This document shows, one piece after another, positions 21,604-31,078 of a DNA stretch of 64,000 nucleotides. Both the position numbers and the translations under genes were made by a program. The notes under the pieces are model-generated. The model had not been told where the DNA came from, searched no databases, and was given only the letters and a program-made list of their open reading frames with translations. This stretch comes from Pseudomonadota bacterium (GTDB taxonomy: Bacteria; Pseudomonadota; Gammaproteobacteria; Burkholderiales; Thiobacillaceae): the NCBI GenBank assembly GCA_021802945.1, contig JAJZRE010000004.1:818-64817 (forward strand), in the 5' to 3' direction. Position 1 is the stretch's first letter; each line of letters opens with the position of its first letter.

Positions 21604-23500
21604 GCCGTGGACGGCGGCCAGGCTGCTGGAATTCTTCGGCGGCCTGCCGGTGGCCGACTGGTTCAACCGCGCCGCGCCGCAGTTGAAGTCCGGCGAGATC
21701 GATCCAGCCCACACCGATGCCGAGTCGGCGATCCGCCTGATGCTGGGCAACCCGCTGCTGATCCGGCGTCCGCTGATCGAAGCCAAGGGCTGGCGGGTGG
21801 CCGGCTTCGATGCGGAGGAAATCGAGGCGCGCCTCGGCATCGCCAGCGATCGGACGGACTCGGGCAGCCAGGAAGCCTGTCCGCGCCCGCAGGCGGCGAC
21901 GCCCTGCCCCACGCCGCATGACAGCGCGCGGGCGAAGATCGCGCTGGCCTACCACGAGCGTACCAAGCACCGGCCGGAACGCTACGCCGCCGGCCCGGAG
22001 ACGCTGGACTGGACCAGCCAGCCCGACCCGTTCCGCCGCTTCCAGGGCAGCCCGCGCGTGCGCCTGCCGCTCGCCGCGGGCCGTCTCGCGCGTACCGACG
22101 AGGAAACGGCCACGGCGTTCTCGCTGGATTCGATCGGCGCCCTGCTCGAACTCTCGCTCGGGCTCTCCGCCTGGAAGGAATACGGGCCGGACCGCTGGGC
22201 GCTGCGCTGCAACCCGTCGAGCGGCAACCTGCACCCGACCGAGGCCTACCTGATCGCGCACGGCGTCGCCGGACTGGACGACGGCCTCTACCACTACGCG
22301 AGCCGCAGCCACGCGCTGGAACAGCGCTGCCTGTCCCGCGCCGAACATCCGCCGGGGCTGTGGATCGGCCTCTCCTCCATCCACTGGCGCGAGGCCTGGA
22401 AATACGGCGAGCGCGCCTTCCGCTACTGCCAGCTCGACGTCGGCCATGCCATCGCCGCGCTGCGCTACGCTGCCGCCCTGCTGGGCTGGCAGTTGCGCCT
22501 GGTGGCCGGCTGCAACCGGCCGCGCCTGGAGCAATTGCTGGGCACCGGGCGCGACCCCGACTTCGGCGCTGCCGAGCGCGAGGAGCCGGACCTGCTGGTG
22601 CAGCTCAGTCTTGCGCCGCAGCCCGCGGTCGAGCCTTCGCCCTGGGCAAGCGACACACGCTGGAGCGGACAGGCGAATGTCCTCGATCCGCATCCGATGT
22701 ACCACTGGCCGGTCATCGACGAAGTCGCGGCAGCCACCGCCAGCGCGCTGGATGGAGCCGCGCCGGCGCGGCGGCGGGATCAGGCGCCGGGCACGTCGGC
22801 CACCCACCTGCCGGCGCCGGACGTCATCATGGGACGGCGCAGCGCGCAGCGTTTCGATCCCGGGTTCAGCATGGCTGCCGACGACTTCTACCGCCTCGTC
22901 GACAGCCTGCTGCCCCGCCCGCAGGCGCCGTGGGATCTCTGGGACGACGCGCCGCGGATCCATCCGGTGTTCTTCGTCCACCGCGTGGCAGGCGTTCCCG
23001 CCGGGCTGTACATCCTGGTGCGCGAGGCGGAGGCGGAAGCGAAGCTGCGTGCGGCACTGAGCGACGAGTTCGACTGGCAGCCGTTGGCCGGCTGCCCGGC
23101 GCACCTGCCGCTGTTTCGCCTGCGGGCCGGCCTGTGGCACAAGGTGGCGCGCGCCGTGAGCTGCGCGCAGGCGATCGCCGCCGACAGCTGCTTCTCGCTG
23201 GGCATGCTGGCCGAGTTCGAAGCCAACGTGCAGCAAGACGCCTGGCGCTATCGCCAACTGCACTGGGAGGCGGGCCTCGTCGGCCACGTCCTCTATCTCG
23301 AGGCGGAAACGCTCGGCCTGCGGGGGACCGGCATCGGCTGCTTTCTCGACGACGCCTTCCACGAACTGCTCGGCCTGCGCGACCGCCAGTTCCAGTCGCT
23401 CTACCACTTCACCGTGGGCCGCGCGCTCACCGATACCCGCATCACCACCCTGCCGCCCTACCCGGACCGCATGCCAGACGAAACGGAGGTCACCCCATGA
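21494..23500 (+). CDS. Fusion of an ArsC-like (NifO/DraB-type) domain and a SagB/ThcOx-type nitroreductase
   Basis: N-terminal FYEKPGC...LIRRPLI...GFD; then YHERTKH, RCNPSSGNLHPTEAY, WKYGERAFRYCQLDVGH, GIGCFLDD. Confidence 0.85.
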   Translation: MTTLIFYEKPGCATNTRQKRLLRDAGHEVIARDLLSEPWTAARLLEFFGGLPVADWFNRAAPQLKSGEIDPAHTDAESAIRLMLGNPLLIRRPLIEAKGWRVAGFDAEEIEARLGIASDRTDSGSQEACPRPQAATPCPTPHDSARAKIALAYHERTKHRPERYAAGPETLDWTSQPDPFRRFQGSPRVRLPLAAGRLARTDEETATAFSLDSIGALLELSLGLSAWKEYGPDRWALRCNPSSGNLHPTEAYLIAHGVAGLDDGLYHYASRSHALEQRCLSRAEHPPGLWIGLSSIHWREAWKYGERAFRYCQLDVGHAIAALRYAAALLGWQLRLVAGCNRPRLEQLLGTGRDPDFGAAEREEPDLLVQLSLAPQPAVEPSPWASDTRWSGQANVLDPHPMYHWPVIDEVAAATASALDGAAPARRRDQAPGTSATHLPAPDVIMGRRSAQRFDPGFSMAADDFYRLVDSLLPRPQAPWDLWDDAPRIHPVFFVHRVAGVPAGLYILVREAEAEAKLRAALSDEFDWQPLAGCPAHLPLFRLRAGLWHKVARAVSCAQAIAADSCFSLGMLAEFEANVQQDAWRYRQLHWEAGLVGHVLYLEAETLGLRGTGIGCFLDDAFHELLGLRDRQFQSLYHFTVGRALTDTRITTLPPYPDRMPDETEVTP

Positions 23501-24288
23501 ACCATGCGAAAACTTTCCGGCGCATCGACGCCGCCACCGCCAGCCAATTGCTCGGCCGCGACGACGTGCGGGTGTTCGACTCGCGCGACGCGGCCCGCTT
23601 CGAGCGGGCACACATCGCCGGCGCGCGCCGTCTGTCCGGCGCCAACCTCGACGCCACCCTGCTCGGCACGCCGAAGACCGTGCCGGTTCTGCTGGTCTGC
23701 TACCACGGCAACGCCAGCCAGACCTACGGCCAGATATTCGCCGACTTCGGCTTCGCGGAGGTCTACAGTCTGGATGGCGGCTTTGCGGCATGGCAGCGCC
23801 TGCAGCGGAAAACCGTGCCGCCCGCGCTCGGCCTGCAGCTTGCGCACTGGCTGCGGCAGCACGGCTATCCCGATGACAATCCCGACGCCATCGGCGAACA
23901 CGGCATGACGCCGCTGATGCGCGCGAGCAAGCTGGGCGACACGGAAACCGTGTTCGAACTGCTGCAGGCCGGCGCGGCGCTCGATGCCACCAACGCCGAC
24001 GGCAACAACGCGCTATGGCTGGCCTGCGTGGGGGAGAGCCTGGACGCCATGGACGTCCTGATCCGCGCCGGAATCGACCTGGACCATCAGAACGACAATG
24101 GCGCCACCTGCCTGATGTATGCCGCCTCGACCGGGAAACATGCGGTGGTGGACATGCTCCTCGCCAGCGGCGCCGATCCGCTACTCACGACCCTGGACGA
24201 TTTCAGCGCGCTGGACATGGCGGCGAGCATCGAATGTTTGCAGCTGCTGCGCCGGGTCACCAAGGGGGCGACACAAGCGGCGGGGTAG
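23497..24288 (+). CDS. Rhodanese (GlpE-like)-ankyrin repeat fusion protein
   Basis: CYHGNAS active-site loop, YSLDGGFAAW; ankyrin units GMTPLMRA, GNNALWLA, GATCLMYA. Confidence 0.85.
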   Translation: MNHAKTFRRIDAATASQLLGRDDVRVFDSRDAARFERAHIAGARRLSGANLDATLLGTPKTVPVLLVCYHGNASQTYGQIFADFGFAEVYSLDGGFAAWQRLQRKTVPPALGLQLAHWLRQHGYPDDNPDAIGEHGMTPLMRASKLGDTETVFELLQAGAALDATNADGNNALWLACVGESLDAMDVLIRAGIDLDHQNDNGATCLMYAASTGKHAVVDMLLASGADPLLTTLDDFSALDMAASIECLQLLRRVTKGATQAAG

Positions 24289-24315
24289 GCAGTCGTCGCG
24301 GTCGTCCCGCCGCGA

Positions 24316-25986
24316 TCAGGCAGCCACCCTCGCAGACCGGGCACGCCGCTGCCGGGTTGCCGACAGGGAAACCACGCGCGCTTCGCGGCGTGCAAGCGGC
24401 GCTGCCGTTCCCTGCACCAGCCTGAAGACGCCCACCAGTTCCGACAGTTTCTGCGCCTGCACCTGCATGCTCTCGGAAGCCGCCGCTGCCTCCTCGACCA
24501 GGGCGGCGTTCTGCTGCGTCATCTCGTCCATCTGCCCGACGGCCTGGTTGACCTGCTCGATGCCGGCGCTCTGCTCCTGACTCGCGGAGGCGATCTCGTT
24601 CATGATGTCGGCGACGCGCTTGACCGAGCCGACGATCTCGTTCATGGCCAAACCCGCTTCATCGACCAGCTTGCCGCCGGCGTCGACCTTGCCGACCGAG
24701 TCCTCGATCAGGGCCTTGATCTCCTTGGCGGCGCTCGCTGAGCGCTGCGCGAGATTCCTCACTTCGGTGGCGACGACGGCGAAGCCGCGGCCCTGTTCGC
24801 CGGCACGCGCGGCCTCGACCGCGGCGTTGAGCGCCAGGATGTTGGTCTGGAAGGCGATGCCGTCAATGACGCCGATGATGTCGGCGATTTTCTTCGAGCT
24901 CTCCTTGATCGAGGCCATGGTATCGACGACCTGGTGAACGACTTCTCCGCCCTTGACGGCGACGTCGGCGGTGGAGACGACGAGCCGGTTGGCCTGGTGT
25001 GCGTTCTCGGCGTTCTGCTTGACGGTGCTGGTCAGCTCTTCCATCGAGCTCGCGGTTTCCTCCAGGCTCGACGCCTGCGATTCGGTGCGGCTCGACAAAT
25101 CAGCGTTGCCGGAGGCGATCTCGCTGGCTCCGGTGTTGACGATTTCAGTGCTCTGCTTGATCTGCCCGACCAGCAGCTTGATGTTGATCTGCAGGATACG
25201 CAGCGCCTGCATCAGACCGGACACCTCTTCGGCGCCGCTGGCCACGATCCGTCCGGTCAGGTCGCCCGAACTCATGCGCGCGATATCCAGGCGGGCGTGT
25301 TCCAGGGGCACGACGACCAGGCGATAGCCCATGCCGGCAAACATTACGGCCAGCGGTACGCCCGCTGCGGCGATCGCCATCAGCCAGCCGGTGAACTGCT
25401 GATTGGCCTCGTTTGTAGCAAGCCAGGCCAGCACGCCCATCGCCACGAATATGACGGCCATCGAAACGGCGGCCAGCCCCAGGATCGCCTTCAGCGACAG
25501 ATTCAGTACGCCCGGGCAGCAACGCTGCAGGAAAGACGGCCTGATTGCATTGCCTTCATGAATGTGCAGCTGCTTGTCGCCTGCCCTGATGGCACGGTAG
25601 GCGGCCTCGGCGGCCTGAACCTGCTCCCGGCCGGGTTTGGTCCGGATCGAAGTATAGCCGACGACCTGGCCGTTTTCGATCAGGGGCGCGGCATTGGCCT
25701 CCACCCAGTAGTGGTCGCCGTTCTTGCAGCGGTTCTTCACCAGGCCGGTCCACGCCTTGCCGCTCTTGAGCGTGCTCCAGAAATCCGCGAATGCCTCCAC
25801 AGGCATGTCGGGGTGACGCACGATGTTCTGCGGCGCCCCCAGCAGTTCTTCCTCGCTGAAGCCGCTGATGTTGACAAAGTCCTGGTTGACGTAGGTGATG
25901 TTGCCGTGCAGGTCCGTCTTCGACACCACCGTTTCGCTGTCCTTCAGGACATATTCGACATTGGTCACTGGCAAATTGGTTCGCAT
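24316..25986 (-). CDS. aer: PAS-domain aerotaxis/energy-taxis chemoreceptor
   Basis: [35 protein letters not shown]; MCP core [27 protein letters not shown]. Confidence 0.92.
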   Translation of the reverse strand: MRTNLPVTNVEYVLKDSETVVSKTDLHGNITYVNQDFVNISGFSEEELLGAPQNIVRHPDMPVEAFADFWSTLKSGKAWTGLVKNRCKNGDHYWVEANAAPLIENGQVVGYTSIRTKPGREQVQAAEAAYRAIRAGDKQLHIHEGNAIRPSFLQRCCPGVLNLSLKAILGLAAVSMAVIFVAMGVLAWLATNEANQQFTGWLMAIAAAGVPLAVMFAGMGYRLVVVPLEHARLDIARMSSGDLTGRIVASGAEEVSGLMQALRILQINIKLLVGQIKQSTEIVNTGASEIASGNADLSSRTESQASSLEETASSMEELTSTVKQNAENAHQANRLVVSTADVAVKGGEVVHQVVDTMASIKESSKKIADIIGVIDGIAFQTNILALNAAVEAARAGEQGRGFAVVATEVRNLAQRSASAAKEIKALIEDSVGKVDAGGKLVDEAGLAMNEIVGSVKRVADIMNEIASASQEQSAGIEQVNQAVGQMDEMTQQNAALVEEAAAASESMQVQAQKLSELVGVFRLVQGTAAPLARREARVVSLSATRQRRARSARVAA

Positions 25987-26073
25987 AGCTGTGTCTTCCC
26001 ATAATTAATTATTGATTTCCCTACCCCTTTGCTCGGGGCCTGTTCGGCCGCTGTGTGAGCGGTTTCCCCGCAA

Positions 26074-26189
26074 GCAAACGACGTTCCAGCCAGAAAACTT
26101 TAATTAAGACACTGATTATTCGGCTATTTATTGACGATGCAGCGCCCCCGCACGCTGCATGCAAACAGCAAACGCACGCCGCTGGTGCA
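26074..26189 (-). promoter_or_regulatory. Sigma54 promoter of aer with an NtrC-like upstream box
   Basis: Minus TGGAAC-GTCGT-TTGC (26074-26088); GCAC-N7-GTGC at 26174-26188. Confidence 0.65.
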
Positions 26190-26197
26190 ACCGCCCC

Positions 26198-27064
26198 TCA
26201 GACGGCAACAGCCTCCCTCTCCAGCTGCTGCTCGCCGACCAACCGTTCTGCGAATTCGGCGAGGCTCATGTCGATGCGCGTGATGTTCTGCTCCTCGAGG
26301 AAGCGCGCCTCGTTGCGGCTGAGCTCGCCCGGCAGCACCGCCCAGTGCCTGTCCGAGGAACGCTTCATGATCTGGCGCGCGAAGGTGCGCTCCAGCTGAT
26401 TGCGGAAACGGCAGCCGAGAAACAGGAAATGGCGGCCGCTACGCAATTGCTGCACGATGTCCGGGATCGGCGTCTGGATGTCGATCTCGGTCAGCACCTC
26501 GACGAAGTCGGTGTCGGAGACCAGGAAGTTCTTGTCCGGCGCGATCGAGCCGAGCGGCTTGTAGAGCAGGGCCTCCCAGGTGTCGGCCTCGAACGGGTCG
26601 GCCTGCGCGCCGTTGTCGCGATAGTAGTGCGTCCAGGTACCGAAATGTTCGGACTGGCTCACCCCCTGCACCTGGCCAAGCAGGTTGCGCGACGCGAGCG
26701 CACCCGCCATGGCGTTGTCGTACCAGGCGTCGACGATCAGCAGCGGCTTGCGCACCATGCCCGCCAGGTAGTCGTGCAGCGGGGTCGGGGGCACGTCGAC
26801 GGCAAAGGCTTCCGCCATGAGCCCGACCAGGGTCTTGCGGTGCTTGAAGTTCTCGATGTACTGCGCGGCGGCGGTGAGGTTGCCGCGTATCTTGTGCGGC
26901 ACGCTCGACCTGGCCACCAGGCGCTGCACCAGCGCTTCCGGCGAATTGGGGACCGGGCTGCCGCCCGGCACCAGATCGAGCACCCCGGGCCCCAGATAGG
27001 GGACGACGCCGCCCTCTTCCAGGTGTGACGTGATCTCGCTCAGCAGGGCGTCAATCTGATCCAT
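26198..27064 (-). CDS. nif-associated SIR2-like (SIR2_2) protein
   Basis: VVPYLGPGV, IVDAWYDN, LYKPLGS and FLFLGCRF align with the SIR2_2 motif order. Confidence 0.75.
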   Translation of the reverse strand: MDQIDALLSEITSHLEEGGVVPYLGPGVLDLVPGGSPVPNSPEALVQRLVARSSVPHKIRGNLTAAAQYIENFKHRKTLVGLMAEAFAVDVPPTPLHDYLAGMVRKPLLIVDAWYDNAMAGALASRNLLGQVQGVSQSEHFGTWTHYYRDNGAQADPFEADTWEALLYKPLGSIAPDKNFLVSDTDFVEVLTEIDIQTPIPDIVQQLRSGRHFLFLGCRFRNQLERTFARQIMKRSSDRHWAVLPGELSRNEARFLEEQNITRIDMSLAEFAERLVGEQQLEREAVAV

Positions 27065-27077
27065 GATCGCTTCTCCT

Positions 27078-27293
27078 TTATGCCGCCGCCGATGACTTCA
27101 GCTCATCGACCTGGGCGCGCGACAGGCGGAACAGGGCACGCCCGCCGGACAGGGTCTCGTAGTTGTCCCGGGTCGAACTGGTCAGCAGGTTGAACCAGGC
27201 CTGCGCGCTGAGGGCACCGGGCCGCTCGCCGATTTCCGTCACCGTGCCGTTGGGCGCGAAACGGACGTGAATCATCACCTGATCTTTTTCCAT
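27078..27293 (-). CDS. Small nif-associated hypothetical protein
   Basis: IHVRFAPNGTVTEIGERP...QAWFNLL...LSGGR; RBS present; inside the nifB operon. Confidence 0.7.
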   Translation of the reverse strand: MEKDQVMIHVRFAPNGTVTEIGERPGALSAQAWFNLLTSSTRDNYETLSGGRALFRLSRAQVDELKSSAAA

Positions 27294-27317
27294 TGCTCTC
27301 TCCTAAGCGTGGATGGG

Positions 27318-27623
27318 TTAGAAGCCGGAACCGAAGCCCAGCAACTCGACTGTGACGTTCTCATTGCCCAGCTTGGCCTGGCAGGCCAGGCGCGACTTGG
27401 AGCCGACGCCGATGATGGTGTCGAGCTTTTCGTTTTCCACGCGCTGGACCTTGGACAGGCTCTTGCGCCCGTCGTGGACGAAGATGTGGCAGGACCCGCA
27501 TTCGGCCTTGCCGTCGCATTTGTGCGCGATCGGTTCGCCGGCGGCGAGCAGGGCTTCGAGGATGCTCATGCCCTCGACGGACGGGATGGTCTTGCCCGAG
27601 GGCTGGATGGTCAATACTGGCAT
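27318..27623 (-). CDS. [2Fe-2S] ferredoxin (adrenodoxin-type)
   Basis: HKCDGKAECGSCH, SRLACQ. Confidence 0.9.
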   Translation of the reverse strand: MPVLTIQPSGKTIPSVEGMSILEALLAAGEPIAHKCDGKAECGSCHIFVHDGRKSLSKVQRVENEKLDTIIGVGSKSRLACQAKLGNENVTVELLGFGSGF

Positions 27624-27661
27624 TTCACTGCTCCTTGCGTGTTTGGTTAATCGAAAGTACG

Positions 27662-28813
27662 TCATAGGTAGATGGCCGAGCCCGCGCCGATATTGATCGA
27701 TGCGTCCTTGGCGGTCTGGACGATGAAGCCGATCTGGTCTTCGACCAGATGGGCGTGAAAAGGCAGCGCGATGATGCGGTCGGCGACTTTCTCGGTGACC
27801 TTGAAGTCGCCCTTGCGATAGCCCAGGCCGGCGTAGAACGCCTGCAGGTGCTGCGGCTGGCAGTAGGCTGCGGCCTCGATCTTCTCGGTGGCGAGGTCGT
27901 TGACGATGGCGTCGCGGCTGCTCCTGGTGAAGCGCGTGCCGAGGTGCACCAGATAGAGGAACCAGTGCACTTCGGTCACGTCGGGGCCGATGTAGGGGTC
28001 CTTGATGCCCTCGAATGACTTCACGTAGTCGTAGTAGATCCGCTCGACGGCCTTGCGCCGTTCGAGAATCTGCTCGACGCGTCCGAGCTGGGTGAGCCCC
28101 AGTGCGGCGGTGGGTTCGTTCATGCCGGCCTGGTAAGGCACGCTGTTGCCGATCACCACGGAGAAGCGCTCGTCCAGCCTGCGGCTGCGCAGACTGCGAA
28201 TCCGGCTCGCCAGTTCGGCATCGTCGGTCAGCACCATGCCGCCCTCGCCGCAGGTCAACGCGCCCGGCTGGGAGAAATCGAACACGGCGACGTCGCCGAA
28301 GCCGCCGACCCGGCGCCCCTGGTAGGTCGAACCGATGGCTTCGGTGGAGTCCTCGATCAGGCGCAGTCCATGGCGGATGGCCATCTCGCGCAGCGCCGCC
28401 CACGGCGCCGGATGGCCGTTGGTGTTGCCGGCGAGGATGGCGCGGGTGTGCGGCGTGATCTTCTCCTCGACCTTTTCCGGCGCCAGCGTCCCCGACCAGT
28501 AGTCGATATCGGCGAACACCGGCGTCGCGCCCGCCAGCACGATGGCGTGCGCGATCTGGTGCCAGCTGTAGGGCGAGGCGATCACCTCGTCGCCCGGCCC
28601 GATGCCGATCGCCTTCAATGCCAGCAGCAGGCCCAGGGTGCCGCCGGCCACCGCCACGCCATGCCGACGGTCGGCGTACGCGGCGAAGGCGGACTCGAAC
28701 GCGGCAACGGCCGGCCCCTGGGAGAGGCGCGGCGACTTCAGCACGTCGACGACGGCATCCACCTCAAGGAGGCTGATGTCGGGGTCGGAAAGCGGGATCC
28801 AGCCTTGGTCCAT
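27662..28813 (-). CDS. DegT/DnrJ/EryC1/StrS-family protein
   Basis: IGPGDEVI, GATPVFADID, LIEDSTEAIG, GEGGMV, IALPFH. Confidence 0.88.
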   Translation of the reverse strand: MDQGWIPLSDPDISLLEVDAVVDVLKSPRLSQGPAVAAFESAFAAYADRRHGVAVAGGTLGLLLALKAIGIGPGDEVIASPYSWHQIAHAIVLAGATPVFADIDYWSGTLAPEKVEEKITPHTRAILAGNTNGHPAPWAALREMAIRHGLRLIEDSTEAIGSTYQGRRVGGFGDVAVFDFSQPGALTCGEGGMVLTDDAELASRIRSLRSRRLDERFSVVIGNSVPYQAGMNEPTAALGLTQLGRVEQILERRKAVERIYYDYVKSFEGIKDPYIGPDVTEVHWFLYLVHLGTRFTRSSRDAIVNDLATEKIEAAAYCQPQHLQAFYAGLGYRKGDFKVTEKVADRIIALPFHAHLVEDQIGFIVQTAKDASINIGAGSAIYL

Positions 28814-28822
28814 GACGGCTCC

Positions 28823-29083
28823 TCAGTGACGCGCGGCGACGACGACACCGGTCGCGGCCGCCGGATCGCCGGTCAGGCGCCAGCAGTGGCCGCGGCCGTC
28901 GACCAGGTAGAGGTTGAAGGACGGGTATTCGCGGTACGGCGCCTCGCCACCCATGTCGCCCGCGTCGCAGCGGGTGAGCGAGAGGCCGGGGAAGCGGCTG
29001 CGGAAATCGGCCAGCGGGTTGCCGCCCTGCGGCGGTTCCGCCAGCAGCTTGCCGATGCGCGCGAGATCGTCCGGGCTGATCAT
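28823..29083 (-). CDS. nif-associated small protein (DUF6129-like)
   Basis: RSRFPGLSLTRCD...LYLVDGRGHCWRLT..AATGVVVA. Confidence 0.7.
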   Translation of the reverse strand: MISPDDLARIGKLLAEPPQGGNPLADFRSRFPGLSLTRCDAGDMGGEAPYREYPSFNLYLVDGRGHCWRLTGDPAAATGVVVAARH

Positions 29084-29084
29084 G

Positions 29085-29294
29085 TCACTCCCCCAGGCGG
29101 CGTGCGTCGACCGTGATCGGCAGGGTCGTTTCCGCGGCCATGGCCGGCAGCTCCAGGCGCCAGCCGTTGGCCAGCGTGACGATGCCGCCCCACATGCCCG
29201 CCTGCTCCATCGCCACGATGGGCTCTTCGAGGTCCTTCTTCGGCACGTAGGCCGAGAGGGTTCCCTGCGCGTCTTTCCTGATCATGATCTTCAT
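29085..29294 (-). CDS. nifT: NifT/FixU protein
   Basis: MKIMIR, AYVPKKDLEEPIV, WGG, LANGW. Confidence 0.93.
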   Translation of the reverse strand: MKIMIRKDAQGTLSAYVPKKDLEEPIVAMEQAGMWGGIVTLANGWRLELPAMAAETTLPITVDARRLGE

Positions 29295-29320
29295 GCTGTT
29301 TCCTGGGGTTGAAAGTGGAT

Positions 29321-30466
29321 TTAGGCAGCTTCGGCGGTCATGCGCTGGATGACTGAACTCAAGGTGTCGAGCACCCGGTCGATTTCCGCCGCCGTCGTGT
29401 AGCGGCTGAGCGAAAACCGGATCGTCGCCCGCGCCTGTGCCTCGGTGAGGCCCATGGCCCGCAGGACGTGCGACGGCGCGCTGCCGGCGGCGGTGCACGC
29501 GGCACCGGACGACGCGCAGATGCCGGCGCGGTCGAGCTTGTCGAGGATCACCTCGGCCTCGAGTTCGCCGAAGCGCACGCTGCTGGTGTTGGCGACGCGT
29601 TCCGAGCGGCCGCCGTTGATGCTTGCCAAGGGGAAGCGCGCCAGCACGCCGGCCTCGAAGCGATCGCGCAGGGCGCTCATCGCCGCCGCCTTATCAAGCG
29701 CCTGCGCCGCGAGTTCGCACGCCACCCCCATGCCGACGATGCCCGGCACGTTCTCGGTGCCGCCGCGCCGGTTGCGTTCCTGGTGGCCGAACAGCATGGG
29801 TTGCAACTTCAGGCCCTTGCGCACGAACAGCGCGCCGACGCCCTTGGGCGCGTGCAGCTTGTGCCCGGACACCGACAGCAGGTCGGCCGGCAGCTGCGCG
29901 AGATCAATGGCGAGCTTGGCGGCCGCCTGCACCGCGTCGGTGTGGAACAGCGCGCCTTTCGACCGGGCCATGCGCGCGGCCTCGGCGACCGGAAACAGCA
30001 CGCCGGTTTCGTTGTTGGCCCACATCAGCGAGACCAGCGCGGTATCCGGCGTGATCGCGGTGTCCAGCGCGGCGAGATCGAGGCCACCGTTGGCGTCGAC
30101 CGGCAGGCGCGTCACCTGAACGCCCTGTGTTTCCAGCTGCGCCAGCAGGGCCAGCGTGGCCGGATGCTCGACCGCGCTGGTGACGATGTGGGTGCGGCCC
30201 GGGCGCGCCGCCAGCGCGCCGTGGATCGCCAGGTGATTGGACTCGGTGCCGCTGGCGGTGAACACGATCTCGGCCGGCGTCGCGTTCAGGAGCGTCGCCA
30301 CCGACGCGCGCGCCGCGATCACGCGCGACTTCGCCGCCTCGCCCACGGCGTGCTTGCTCGACGGATTGCCCCAGGACGCGCACAGGCATTCGAGCACCGG
30401 CGCCACGCATTCGGGCGCCACCGCCGTGGTGGCGTTGTTGTCGAGATAAACGGTGTGCTGCGTCAT
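29321..30466 (-). CDS. nifS: Cysteine desulfurase (NifS/IscS type)
   Basis: YLDNNATT, NPSS, HTDAVQ, SGHKLHAPKG, SSGAACT. Confidence 0.85.
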   Translation of the reverse strand: MTQHTVYLDNNATTAVAPECVAPVLECLCASWGNPSSKHAVGEAAKSRVIAARASVATLLNATPAEIVFTASGTESNHLAIHGALAARPGRTHIVTSAVEHPATLALLAQLETQGVQVTRLPVDANGGLDLAALDTAITPDTALVSLMWANNETGVLFPVAEAARMARSKGALFHTDAVQAAAKLAIDLAQLPADLLSVSGHKLHAPKGVGALFVRKGLKLQPMLFGHQERNRRGGTENVPGIVGMGVACELAAQALDKAAAMSALRDRFEAGVLARFPLASINGGRSERVANTSSVRFGELEAEVILDKLDRAGICASSGAACTAAGSAPSHVLRAMGLTEAQARATIRFSLSRYTTAAEIDRVLDTLSSVIQRMTAEAA

Positions 30467-30780
30467 GGCCAAAAAATCCGATCCGGGTCCTGGTTCAACA
30501 TCTGCAACAGCGCAGCCAGCGCGCCGAACTCTCCAAACAGCCTCCACTCGCTGCGCGCGTGGTCCTTGCGGTACAGACGCCAGCGCTGCAAGCCGCTCGC
30601 GTATTCCAGCCTGGCGATATCGATCACGCCGCCGGCCGGGTCGATATTGCGCGAGCAGCAGGGGCTCTCGATCCGGTAGCCGCCTTCCACGCCCCGCACT
30701 TCCGGGCTGACGTAGCGGTAGCGCGCGCGGGCTTCCAGCGCACGCTCGATGCGCTTGCGATCCACATCGTTCGGATGCAT
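30463..30780 (-). CDS. DUF3024-like nif-associated protein
   Basis: MHPNDVDRKRI, SPCCSRNID, DIARLEY, DPDRIFW. Confidence 0.7.
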   Translation of the reverse strand: MHPNDVDRKRIERALEARARYRYVSPEVRGVEGGYRIESPCCSRNIDPAGGVIDIARLEYASGLQRWRLYRKDHARSEWRLFGEFGALAALLQMLNQDPDRIFWP

Positions 30781-30838
30781 GCCGCCAGGCAGTACCACGT
30801 CGCCCACATTCCGCTCCGCATTCGTCCGGGCCGGGTGT

Positions 30839-31078
30839 TCACGCCGGCGTGATCTCTTCCTCTAGGCAGCCCACCACCCCGCCGGCCTCGAACTCGACCA
30901 GGTAGACCGGCAGGTTGAGTTCCTCGTGGTAGCCGACGTTGACGATTTCGCCGGGCGTGCCGGTGCTCACCAGAAGCGCCTCCGGCGCGCGGTCCGGGTA
31001 GGTGCCGTCGTTGAACAGGTCGGCCGTCGCCACCATGCGCTGGCCCCACTGGTATTTCGCTTCTCTCGGTTCGATCAT
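30839..31078 (-). CDS. nifZ: NifZ-family protein (short copy)
   Basis: DLFNDGTYP, GEIVNVG, YLVEF, VVGCLEEE. Confidence 0.85.
   Translation of the reverse strand: MIEPREAKYQWGQRMVATADLFNDGTYPDRAPEALLVSTGTPGEIVNVGYHEELNLPVYLVEFEAGGVVGCLEEEITPA

Noticed and set aside
26198-27064. SIR2 protein as an anti-phage NADase (Thoeris/DSR)
   Set aside because: Embedded in the nifB operon, lacks catalytic motifs, and has no TIR, HerA or Argonaute partner
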